From assembly GCA_004764695.1 (NCBI GenBank), contig SMSO01000014.1, positions 3,591,648 to 3,655,647 of the forward strand: 64,000 bases of DNA, written 5' to 3'. Source of the stretch: Schizochytrium sp. TIO01 (taxonomy: Eukaryota; Protista; Bigyra: Labyrinthulomycetes). A model generated the notes under the pieces. The model searched no databases and had not been told where the DNA came from. It saw only the letters and a program-made list of their open reading frames with translations. Position numbers and translations under genes: made by a program. Below, piece after piece: positions 17,801 to 26,892 of the stretch (position 1 is the first letter of the stretch; each line of letters begins with the position of its first letter).

Positions 17801-19973
17801 CCTGTTCAATGTTTTTATGCGGCTCTCTCGACGTGTTACTCTTGTGGTTGTCCATATCAGAGGCCTCTTCTTGTGTTTCACGATCTTCCTCCTGGTAATT
17901 CTGAGTTTTTTGTTTTGGGGACTCTAGGTTTGAATCATCATCGTTATACTCCTCGGATTGCGCTTCCATGATGTCCTTGGCAACTTCATCCGTGGAATCA
18001 GGTTTGTGATGTGCTTCTGTTTGTGGAGATAACTTCTCAGATAGAATTTCGACATCAACTGGGTCTACACCATCAACACGATCACCATCATCGAAGACAA
18101 GGTTAATAAATCCATCGCCTCTTACTTGCGAAACATAACCTTCGTAGTATTGAGTCCAGTCAAATAGACGAGCGCGGATACGCGTGCCAATAACAAGGTT
18201 GTGTGGAGGAGAATCATCTTCATTGTCTGATGCCTTCGCAGTACGAGAGACTTCTTCAGATGCTGGAAAGCGTTCTTCGCGTGGGCTATCATTCTCAAAA
18301 TCAGTGCTTGCATAGTCCTCTGAATCATCGCCAGTGTCATGTGTAGAATCAGGGTTGTATCGAGGGGGCTTTGCTGCTTCATTATTTGTGGGAGGTGGGG
18401 CCTCCGCATCTTGAGCATTCTCTTCGAAGGATCGATAGATGCGCTCAACTTCATCATCATCATTTTCTGTAGCCTGCTGGGTTGCTTGATTTGGCGCTGG
18501 CGGTGAAGAAAGAAGCCCATCTGCATCACTGTCGTCAGGATCCTCCAAGGGTGCATTCATGAGCTGAGATAGATCGCCAATAGAAATTTCTTTCTCAAGT
18601 TGGACAGGGAGCTTGCCGGAGGTCATATGCTCACTTAACCTGCGACGTAATTTCTCTAATGGGTCTTTCTCTTGAACATCTTTGGCAGGCGGCTTCCCGC
18701 GGGAAGGATCGTCTTCGGCGTCAGTATGGTCCTCGTCGTCTTCGTAATTGTCCTCATCCTCCTTGCTACCTTCTTCGTCGTTACGTTTCTGCTGTCTACC
18801 TCCCCCACCACTCTCATGACTATAGTCCTTATGTTCTACCTCCGTCGCGGGCATACGGGTCTGTGAAAGCTGCTTTGTAGACATCAACTGAGACGAGTAC
18901 CCTCCAACCTGAAAATCCGAAGAAGACATTTCTAGGGAGTCAGAAAGTTGGTCGTCGTCCTCCAGCATCGCATTCTGCTCAGCCTGAGCGGCTTCTCTCG
19001 CTGCCTGGAGACGTGCTGCAGCTATTTGCTGTTCCCTACGTTCCCGGTCTTCTTTTGCTTGACGTTCCTCTAATTCCTTTTGCCTCTCCCTGGCCAAGTC
19101 CATCTTTACAGACCCTAGCACATCCGCCATGCGTTCATCTGCACTTTGCCTTCGCTTGCGTTCACGTTCCTCCCTTGCTGCCCGCTCCTGTTCTTTGTCC
19201 CTCTTCGGGGTTTTTTTGGACTTCTTCTTTTTCTTGACCTTGTCTTTTTTATTCAAGTCAATGTCAAAGTCGTAAGCTGCATCCCCAGAACCAGCCCTGT
19301 TCTGTTGCCCGTAGTCCCCAAGTGTCGTGCTGACCTGCACAGCTAGCGACGGAGGCTTGATCCCTCTCGCAGCTCCGTACATTCCAAAACTATCCTCTTC
19401 ATCTAGATCTGCATCTTCGTCGTCTTCATGTCCATATTCATACCTTCCGCCACGGCCATAGCCACCCACAAAGCCTTGAACTCCAGCCCCGATCCCAAGT
19501 CCATCACTATCCTCCGCGCCGTCACCATCCTCGACGTACGAGTCGGAGATTCTTGATGACCTAGTTCCGAGACGACTTTGACCGAGAGAATTTACGTGAG
19601 ATCTGTTTTGATTGTGGTGGAACGAAGAGTCTTCGGAGTCGTCGAAGACATCTTCGTTGGAGTTCAAAGCAAGCGGTGCGGATGGCTCCCAGCTGCTGAT
19701 GTTGAAGTCGCCGGAGAGACCCTCGAGGGCAAGCCTCGAGCGGAGAGCAGAGTCAGTGGTAAGACCTGGCGAGCTATCAAGGGTAGCAGAATTTGGTGAT
19801 AGTGCGTCATAGTCAGCAAAAGCACGAGCTTCGAAATCCTGACCCTTACGGCCTGAAGAGGACGATGGTTGGAGACCGCCGTGGATGGTTGCGTAGCGGG
19901 AGTTCCCGCGGCCAGATAGGTAACTCTCGCCGCCGTCGGAGGTCGCGAGGTAGTTCTCAAAGCTCTCCTCCAT
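14853..19973 (-). CDS. CEP162: Centrosomal protein of 162 kDa (CEP162)-like coiled-coil protein with internal Tudor-like domain
   Basis: C-terminal motifs EQDRLLAGYQKENEKL, KLAWYVENQQLL, KRIRSLEKQVKELEEALLKRNPDCIANLILAA and KNAEIRHFRDELDMLL match conserved CEP162 blocks. First ATG 19973 (MEESF). Confidence 0.85.
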   Translation of the reverse strand: MEESFENYLATSDGGESYLSGRGNSRYATIHGGLQPSSSSGRKGQDFEARAFADYDALSPNSATLDSSPGLTTDSALRSRLALEGLSGDFNISSWEPSAPLALNSNEDVFDDSEDSSFHHNQNRSHVNSLGQSRLGTRSSRISDSYVEDGDGAEDSDGLGIGAGVQGFVGGYGRGGRYEYGHEDDEDADLDEEDSFGMYGAARGIKPPSLAVQVSTTLGDYGQQNRAGSGDAAYDFDIDLNKKDKVKKKKKSKKTPKRDKEQERAAREERERKRRQSADERMADVLGSVKMDLARERQKELEERQAKEDRERREQQIAAARLQAAREAAQAEQNAMLEDDDQLSDSLEMSSSDFQVGGYSSQLMSTKQLSQTRMPATEVEHKDYSHESGGGGRQQKRNDEEGSKEDEDNYEDDEDHTDAEDDPSRGKPPAKDVQEKDPLEKLRRRLSEHMTSGKLPVQLEKEISIGDLSQLMNAPLEDPDDSDADGLLSSPPAPNQATQQATENDDDEVERIYRSFEENAQDAEAPPPTNNEAAKPPRYNPDSTHDTGDDSEDYASTDFENDSPREERFPASEEVSRTAKASDNEDDSPPHNLVIGTRIRARLFDWTQYYEGYVSQVRGDGFINLVFDDGDRVDGVDPVDVEILSEKLSPQTEAHHKPDSTDEVAKDIMEAQSEEYNDDDSNLESPKQKTQNYQEEDRETQEEASDMDNHKSNTSREPHKNIEQVYTDNAKLAHPTARHSDDVFGEPTIPRPMTPPSPEPEHISDTEQFQARNLGRDMDSLVIDKENESSDQSQTSSTRSVLQDGESEKGSQAGEEHVENHDVLEESNSRADAIKAMFWSPITSSQQLDPPPPPTPPPPPPPLSIAANLSKSEGRNRSSTYDLKSSSVHTRVLRKEQGASRGRDSEKPPRENRRAYSPPPPPPPTGTTQRSSSNRVTQSVGRQQQGNRTQTESVRLRQEVHELQLQLAASEELRLESARELEVTLARERELRTTVDTQKAEIFSLHAELKDINATNAVRASLRTVLRESTDAALPREEVARIEKEMAEQDRLLAGYQKENEKLVARLRDAEAHAEEVRQEMYRANMRIGIDLNSQDTNSAADAKELRKALSADEQVRALQDEIAELKIKHADEKVKFEAALKEAQQQQENASAQKVVQELRKELAEARFEHLSEAKALKDKLAWYVENQQLLEEHAKIIDEQQERIRALESGSPVKRKIGEPDSNGRRIKQSLPADLKRIRSLEKQVKELEEALLKRNPDCIANLILAAGPSESEKETRRELRQQIETLEEELQSKSKTHAARMRSLRQEHERVKLRYERLLEERGDASARSHTQDASGKESSSQMNSGTDGNRASGHHEGVPSSSSTSQEARILQLEQELTRVRDFYRKKIEDLSKKSSTSLRLARREGPINTSTASLHRDLDKLRAAKTALEARVEELEETLSGKGKRASSSLELRLNSLQEENANLKTELKQIHLGKHRNTMSPRIMSHPEEGFASPTRENTTNLEENPEDETSALVALLRESNNRPHSSDTNGENSTSSRKNNTVGLNADNPRFAPDDVVPSEVEAKLLKKVQALETENARVAERWTVALERSEEAVRRLRLANAELEARLTEAQRQLDEPPTPSMIQQQALTRRLNDMENRFLARERELELIVQNVKHRADMDLHSAEARFEAVLAAKNAEIRHFRDELDMLLNAAQDLAT

Positions 19974-21047
19974 TTTTGCCGCAAGGATGTCCCGCAAGAC
20001 TGGTTTCCTTGTGCGACCCTGTTAAGGAAATGAGTGTTGATGACTCACAATCATACTATAACTTTCAAGCTCTTATTTTTAATGAGAGACGCGATCATTA
20101 TTTCACATATTACCAGGGTACCGGGGAGTATGACGTATAGCTTAAACGATCTGCATTCTTCAGACAACTTGTCGAGAAGAACTTGTTGTGCACGTCCTTT
20201 AATCTGACCAGCTTATGCCGTAAGAGGACACTGAGACTAAGTTCTGAGACGAAATGCTGATTGTAGAAATCGCAGAACTTGGAGCTATTCTTGTAAGTAG
20301 AATAAGAGCTGCTAAGAGCACTTACTGACTAGCTAGGCAAAGAAAGCTTACAGTTATGTGCCGTGGTCGCGGTGGTTTTTCCATGGTTAAAAGGGCTAAA
20401 AAGAGGGCTAATCAAATTGGATAGTACGCTCGCTCGCCAGCCAGAGAGCGTTGTGTCCGGTAGCACAGGTGCTGGGAAACAAATTCTTGTTTGCTTGCTT
20501 TAAGATGTTAGGTTTGCTTCGGGAATATTTAGGCAGGTTAACGAGCAGAGATAAGTTTAGAAAGGGGTAAGAATTGTTATCGTAATCGGGACGAGAAGGG
20601 AAGATAGATGATAGATTAGATTTCATTTTTTAGCCCAACTGTGTTTTCGGAGAATGTTTAGGACCGAAAGAGGTTGCAGACGTGCATAAAGCATGGGCTG
20701 CATTATTACTACCTTACTACCTTTTAAAGTAGATATCTTAATGAAAGTATGTCATACTGGAAGTATAGTTCATATAGAACATTTGGGAAAGTTCAGGTGT
20801 TAAACGCACAGACCTTTGTTAAGGGACTTTTCCGAGAGGCAAAAGGACAATCAATACCTAACAGTTGTAGCGGTCACCTTTCCTGCTGTGTCGAAACCAG
20901 ATCTGCTGACCAGTAGGCACTGCATCAGTAGGTCAAGCCAGCCTCGCAAGCGAGGGTAGCGCAGTTGTATGTCTGCGTAGCGTATGCAAAAAAAGCTAAG
21001 CCGCTGACACAGGCGTTGAGCCTGTGCAGCGTCTCTTTGAAGAAGAC

Positions 21048-24000
21048 ATGTCACAGTTCAAAAAGGTCGTGCCACAGGTATATGATAATATAATTGCTGC
21101 AGACATTCTTCAGACCAACAGTGCGCAAAGTAAGGCTGTTTTAGACGTAGCGAATTCTACTAATCCTGAACGTGGCAAGGAGGGTTCTTCTAAATTCGAT
21201 TCTGTGGAAGATTTCTATGATGAACACCCTCTCGAAGTGACCAAACATGAACCTGTTATTGCAAATGTAGCAAAAGTAAAAAGATTGCCGTCAAATATAG
21301 CCATCGCATCCCAAATACCCTTGAATTTAACCGCTTCAGAAGACATTAAGGGGGAAGCTCAAGAGAGCGTAAATAGGGCCAGAGCGATTAACAATTTGCA
21401 GGCAAGGCGAAGATTCAAGATTATAGGGTTCTGTCTCATTGCAGTTTGCATAATAACTGCAGTTGTAGTCTCATTTGTCTGGTATGCAACATCATCTGAA
21501 AGTGGCGGGACTTTGGATAATTGCGCGATTGGTTACTACTGCCTACGAGAAACATTTGTGTTTCCATGTCCAGGAGGAAGATTTGGGAATTCGACAGGTT
21601 TGACAACCAGTGATTGCTCTGGAGTTTGTACGGCTGGATATTACTGCCCGCTCGCAAGCATCACACCAACCGCAAATTTATGTCCAGCTGGTTCGTATTG
21701 CCCGGAAGGTAGCGCAGAGCCAATTCTATGTCCTGCTGGAAGTTTTGGTAATGAAACTGGGCTTTCTCATAGCTCGTGCAGCGGTAGTTGCTCAGCGGGC
21801 TACTATTGCCCCCAGGGCTCGACATCTGCGAAAGAAATTATCTGTCCTTTAGGGAGTTATTGCCCTGATGGCACACGTTATGGAACCGAGTTTATTTGCC
21901 CTCTAGGCACCTATAATGATGAGCCCGGACTTGCAGCGATCTCTGATTGCCCTATATGCGAGGCTGAGCCTGGCGCTGGCTATGTCTGTGCTCGTGGTTC
22001 TTCACAATCGCCTAGTGAAGATGTTATATTATGCCCTGAGGGGCACTATTGTACGGGCATTGGCTTGCCTATCGAATGTCCATCTGGAACTTATGGTAAT
22101 GTGGAAGGACTTAGTACTAGTGCTTGCTCTGGAAATTGTCCTTCAGGTTATTGGTGTCCAAATGGTACTGTCACAGCAACTTCTCAATTATGCCCTGCAG
22201 GGTATTACTGCCCAAGTGGAGTGCAAAACTACTCGGATAATCTATGCTGGGAAGGCTACTATTGCGCAGAAGGGACCCAAACACCATACACATTATGTAT
22301 CCAAGGTCGCTACTGCCCAGCTGGTTCTAGTGATGGAACATATTGCCCTGCCGGAACCTACGGCATCTCAGAAGGCCTTATCTACCCTAATTGCACAGGA
22401 TTATGCCCAGCATCCTATTACTGTCCAGCTGGATCCGTTGCACGTTTCACACACTTGTGTCCATCTGGTTCTTACTGCCCGGAGGGGACTGGAGCAGGCG
22501 AAGAATTTAAATGCCCTGCAGGAAATTGGTCTTCGTTAACTGGATTGAGCGAATTGAGTCAATGTTCTTGTACGGACCCAAGTGGAGAATGTAGCTACAA
22601 CGGTTTGTGTTACGCTGGCTACTATTGCCCAGAGGGGTCCACTTCTGGAACTGGAGAAATTTGTCCTGCCAACTTTTACTGTCCACGTGGTTCAAGTGCG
22701 CCAATACTCTGTGAAGAATTAGGTTATTACTGTCGAAGTCGAGCACAGAGCCCTTATGCATATACTAATGGTGCTCGCTTTACTATTCTAGAGACGTTGA
22801 GCGCAAAAGCTCGTCGGTGGGCAGCAGATTATCCAGCTGCGGCGCAGCAGTATCTGTACCAAAATTATACCCTTGAACAGGGCTTTATGATTGAATCCTC
22901 CAAAAGTACGTATGATGGATCTTTGTACGAAGATGAACGATACTATCCAGTACGTGGTTTGTCAGAACTCAATGTTAACTTTACTACTTATGGATTCTTT
23001 AATGCAAGTGTCTTCATCTGTAGCGTTTTGAATGGTACTGAAGACCCTTTACCATTAGCTGAAGTAGGAAATATCCAAATGGATGCAGCTCGAAACTCCT
23101 CTGATACATACACGCACTCATTTAAAGTACACTGGGACATTCCTCGTGAGTTCGTCGATGGTGAGATGGTCGTCTGTCTCCGGATGCCTCAAGGGGATGA
23201 TCCATTTGCACTTGTTGTTTCTGACATATTTGAGATCATGGCACCTGATGTTGTTAAGCCGTTGCGATACGTCGCTACAATTTGTATAGGCAGCCTATTT
23301 GTTCTCATCCTTGTAGCTACGATCCCTTGCTTCCTTCTGCATGCGGACCGTTCCCGAGACAGGGAGATCCATGCTCTTATTAAGTCCCCAGCGCCGAATT
23401 CAGTGCGGCTTCTGTCGAGGCTTTTTCGAGTTATCGAGCCTGCCCAATTCATGGCAGTTATATTCTGGAATCCTGCCATCAAGCAAGCCGATACTGCTGC
23501 AGATGCACTGGCATTCTGGTGGAACCATCTCCTGGGTCTATACTTCCTACCAGTTATGGGTTTTATTGTAGCCTGTTTGGTTGCCGGGGGCGTGATTATA
23601 TTCGCTGTATCTACCGATGTAGTTTTGAGGCTGCTTAAGCTTGAGAGGCGACGTCTTGAAATGACTTGTGTGGCTCGCCTCCTTGCGTTTGAGGGTCTTT
23701 ACATTCCAATCCTTATGACGCTTCTCTCTCCGTTCGACTGTGCGTACACGAACCCGAAGGCTGACGATGCTTACTTTGAGTTTGTAGATCAAGTTCGAAT
23801 GCGATATTTTCTAGCAACACATCTTGAATGCTGGCACAACCCTATGCATATATTATTCTCCTTAGGAGCGGTAATTTTAGCTCCCTGCTTCTACTACATG
23901 GCTCTCAAAAATGCGATCCAAGATGATTTTGTAGATGTGTTACATGTGAATATGGTTTGCAGGTACCGAGTGCTCTCAGTTATAGTTAAGACTATTATCT

Positions 24001-26663
24001 GTTTTGGCGCTGTCCTCACGAATGCCGGGCAGACAGCCACAGAGGCATTGGCGCTAACACTGTGCAGTACTACTCTGTCTATGGAAATATTTCTTGAAGT
24101 TCGCCACATGCAGCCAACATTAGGCCGTGCGGCTCGCACAAATGACCTCCTTGCCGGCTCGTACTTGGCTGTTGCATATTTGAGTCTAGCAGGGTTATTC
24201 ATTAGCTTGATTCACGAGGCTAAAAATATCGAAGAGCGCACAAGTTGGCCAATGGTGTTTGCTTACTGTTTCTTGCCACTTTCATTCCTCCTTGGAGTAC
24301 GTCTAAACTATAAGTTTTCACAAGCGCAGGTCGAGGCGAACACTTTTGAGAAGCTTACAAGTGCAACGTCAGCTAGTGTGCGCAATCGAGCGCTAGAAAA
24401 AACGATTGAGTTTCTTTTGAGCGTTTATACATACGAAAACGCCAAGGGTGAAAAACTGCAAAACTTCGTGAAGCATCTAGGCACCTTGGTTGAGAGTGAG
24501 CCCCTTGCACGCAATGCTGTGGCGAGCTTAGTTAGTTCAAATGCTGATCCAAGTCGGAAAACCTTTGGCGTGGACGTCGCAAGTGTTTCCTCCGCGGCAT
24601 TTCTTGGTTCTGGTTTCTTGCCACTTTATGGAGAACCAATTGAGATGCTTTCGATGATGCTTTTACCAATTCACAGCTGGGATTTGTCTGGGATTAAATT
24701 CGAAGATTCTGTGATTTTGCGGATTGGCCAAATGCTCCCCAAAATGCATAACCTGCATAGCTTTGAGCTGGGTAAACCTAAGTCATTAACTTGCGAAGGT
24801 TTTAAAGCTTTACTCGAAGGTTTGGAGCTAAGTTCGAGTATAATGCACTTCCAGTGTTCTCCACCTGAAAGTCTAAACGTTCTTGAGCATGGGCGAACAG
24901 TTGGAGCACTAATACAATTGAGAGCAGCTCAAGCTCAGGAGAATAAATCTGCGCTTCCAATTACTCGACTCGACTGTGGAAGTAGCTTATATATCCAACT
25001 GTTTTTTGGGCATGATGTTACATACCATGATTCTTCAGTAACAGTTAATGAAGAAATGAACTTGATTATCTCGCGGGCATGTGATGTACACATGGTTTCA
25101 ATAACCATAAGAAGTCAACGACATCCAGCAACGGAGGATCTGGATTCAGGGTTATACGGCTTGTGCCACTCGCTGTGCTATAAAAATGGTAGACCAGCAA
25201 CTTTAGCCTTTCCACAGCGCTTCAAACTTCGTTTTGCAGTCCCAAGTGGGTATACGGTTCACGTTGGAGAGTCACTCAAAGCAATAGGTTATCATTTCCC
25301 TCTCGAATCGATCTATCTAGACCAAATCCTAATTGCAGACGCGTCCACTTCAGAGATTCAAATGAAAAACTTTGAGAAAATCAAAGGGAGCATTACTTTT
25401 GTGGAGGGCCTCTTAGCAACATTACGACACGTACAGTATCTTGCTCTTCCAACTAGCAATGAGGGAGACGATGCAAATCAGTTAGATGCTGCAAAGAGAA
25501 TAGGCCAGGCCATTGCTTCAAACTCAGCTATGCGGGCGCTCAACGTCGGTTTTGGAAACCTAGATATTAAGGGTTTACAGTACGAACGTAGTGAAATCGT
25601 CTTTACCCAAGATTCGTCGCTTTCGAGTGAACAAGCTTTTGCTTTGATGCCTCTGATTTCATGTAACAATAGTCTTGTAAAGATTGAGCTTCATGGTGTT
25701 CCACCTCGTCAAATTCTGAGTGATATTGGTGTTGCAGAGGTATGCCGCAATCTGGAATCGTGTCCTAATCTGCGCAAACTTGCGCTAGGTGACTGGAAAG
25801 GCGGAAATATAGTCGGAAATCACACCGTAGACGCTTTGAATTCAGCTAATTTCATCACTCACTTAACTTCTTTAGATTTGCGCCATTGTAAGATAGGTCC
25901 AGAAGTTTGCCTTGGGTTGATGAATAACCTTTGTGGCAAGGCGGGCCAAATGACAAGTTTAAAGATTTCCCTTAACCCATTAGGGGATGAGGGTATCAGG
26001 GCAATCGGGAACTTCTTGGCTCATGAAAGATGTATTTTGAATAAACTTCATGTCAGCCACGCTGAGTTCACAACAGAGGGTTTTCGAAGCTTTTGTAACT
26101 CCGGCCTTCGATATAATAATAGCCTCCAACACTTAGTTTTAGATGGAAACGTTGGCGGAATCGATCTAGACATCTTGGCACGCTCCATCGAAGGTGGACT
26201 ACTTGTAACGAAGATAGAGTCTATAGCTTTAGTTGGCTGCGGCATCGAAAACTTTGCTCCTTTATGGAGAATCATAAAGTCACCAGAGGATCAGGTTGAT
26301 GGACTGCCTGTGTGCCAAAGTTTGATCAAGCTTAATCTCTCCGAAAATTCGGAATGTTATCTTCCTACACTTTTGATTCCGTGTCTGCAGAACCTGACAG
26401 TGCAAAATTGTGGATTAGATAACGAAACTGCAGAACGTATTTGTACTGCCCTGGAACTGAGAGCGTGTCCCAAGCTTGAGGGTTTAGACCTATCATGCAA
26501 TAAGATCACGGATGATGTAGCATTTCGCCTTGCAAAAGTTCTTGAGAGTCAAACCACAACAAGTGCACTCAAATGCGTGTGTCTTACTGAGAACAAGTTT
26601 TCTATTGAGTGCCTAGACGTTATAACTCGACTTTGTCCACCCAATGTTATCTTGGATATCTAA
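21048..26663 (+). CDS. Large receptor-like membrane protein: N-terminal TM, GCC2/GCC3 (ephrin-receptor-like) Cys-rich repeats, ~9 TM segments, cytosolic RI-type leucine-rich repeats
   Basis: Many C-P-x-G-x-(Y/F/W)-C-P-x-G repeats (~21520-22740); hydrophobic segments ~23265-24310 containing FDC...ECW...H; LRRs such as LKISLNPLGDEGIRAIGNFL and LDLSCNKITDDVAFRLAKVL. First ATG 21048. Confidence 0.85.
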   Translation: MSQFKKVVPQVYDNIIAADILQTNSAQSKAVLDVANSTNPERGKEGSSKFDSVEDFYDEHPLEVTKHEPVIANVAKVKRLPSNIAIASQIPLNLTASEDIKGEAQESVNRARAINNLQARRRFKIIGFCLIAVCIITAVVVSFVWYATSSESGGTLDNCAIGYYCLRETFVFPCPGGRFGNSTGLTTSDCSGVCTAGYYCPLASITPTANLCPAGSYCPEGSAEPILCPAGSFGNETGLSHSSCSGSCSAGYYCPQGSTSAKEIICPLGSYCPDGTRYGTEFICPLGTYNDEPGLAAISDCPICEAEPGAGYVCARGSSQSPSEDVILCPEGHYCTGIGLPIECPSGTYGNVEGLSTSACSGNCPSGYWCPNGTVTATSQLCPAGYYCPSGVQNYSDNLCWEGYYCAEGTQTPYTLCIQGRYCPAGSSDGTYCPAGTYGISEGLIYPNCTGLCPASYYCPAGSVARFTHLCPSGSYCPEGTGAGEEFKCPAGNWSSLTGLSELSQCSCTDPSGECSYNGLCYAGYYCPEGSTSGTGEICPANFYCPRGSSAPILCEELGYYCRSRAQSPYAYTNGARFTILETLSAKARRWAADYPAAAQQYLYQNYTLEQGFMIESSKSTYDGSLYEDERYYPVRGLSELNVNFTTYGFFNASVFICSVLNGTEDPLPLAEVGNIQMDAARNSSDTYTHSFKVHWDIPREFVDGEMVVCLRMPQGDDPFALVVSDIFEIMAPDVVKPLRYVATICIGSLFVLILVATIPCFLLHADRSRDREIHALIKSPAPNSVRLLSRLFRVIEPAQFMAVIFWNPAIKQADTAADALAFWWNHLLGLYFLPVMGFIVACLVAGGVIIFAVSTDVVLRLLKLERRRLEMTCVARLLAFEGLYIPILMTLLSPFDCAYTNPKADDAYFEFVDQVRMRYFLATHLECWHNPMHILFSLGAVILAPCFYYMALKNAIQDDFVDVLHVNMVCRYRVLSVIVKTIICFGAVLTNAGQTATEALALTLCSTTLSMEIFLEVRHMQPTLGRAARTNDLLAGSYLAVAYLSLAGLFISLIHEAKNIEERTSWPMVFAYCFLPLSFLLGVRLNYKFSQAQVEANTFEKLTSATSASVRNRALEKTIEFLLSVYTYENAKGEKLQNFVKHLGTLVESEPLARNAVASLVSSNADPSRKTFGVDVASVSSAAFLGSGFLPLYGEPIEMLSMMLLPIHSWDLSGIKFEDSVILRIGQMLPKMHNLHSFELGKPKSLTCEGFKALLEGLELSSSIMHFQCSPPESLNVLEHGRTVGALIQLRAAQAQENKSALPITRLDCGSSLYIQLFFGHDVTYHDSSVTVNEEMNLIISRACDVHMVSITIRSQRHPATEDLDSGLYGLCHSLCYKNGRPATLAFPQRFKLRFAVPSGYTVHVGESLKAIGYHFPLESIYLDQILIADASTSEIQMKNFEKIKGSITFVEGLLATLRHVQYLALPTSNEGDDANQLDAAKRIGQAIASNSAMRALNVGFGNLDIKGLQYERSEIVFTQDSSLSSEQAFALMPLISCNNSLVKIELHGVPPRQILSDIGVAEVCRNLESCPNLRKLALGDWKGGNIVGNHTVDALNSANFITHLTSLDLRHCKIGPEVCLGLMNNLCGKAGQMTSLKISLNPLGDEGIRAIGNFLAHERCILNKLHVSHAEFTTEGFRSFCNSGLRYNNSLQHLVLDGNVGGIDLDILARSIEGGLLVTKIESIALVGCGIENFAPLWRIIKSPEDQVDGLPVCQSLIKLNLSENSECYLPTLLIPCLQNLTVQNCGLDNETAERICTALELRACPKLEGLDLSCNKITDDVAFRLAKVLESQTTTSALKCVCLTENKFSIECLDVITRLCPPNVILDI

Positions 26664-26892
26664 AAGATGAATACGTGCGTTCAAGTATTGAGAAACTTGT
26701 AAATTCTCAACAACATGTCGTCTATACTGTTTGATCTTAGCTATCTTCAGGCCGATATATAGGCAGAGGGCATTAATTGTAATCTATATTTACTGTGTAG
26801 TAGCCTTTATGTTCACGAAATATAAAGTTTAATTGTTAACGCAGACCATTTTTTCTTTCCAAACTCTATTCTGTATGTAAGAGTAAAAATTC

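Noticed and set aside
20375-20390. TTTTCCATGGTTAA resembling an RFX X-box upstream of CEP162
   Set aside because: Poor match to the GTYNCYATRGNAAC consensus, and RFX regulation is not established for this lineage.
21520-22740. Regularly spaced DNA repeats (TACTGCCC-like) suggestive of an array
   Set aside because: They encode the YCP motif of the protein's Cys-rich repeats, so this is not a CRISPR or non-coding array.
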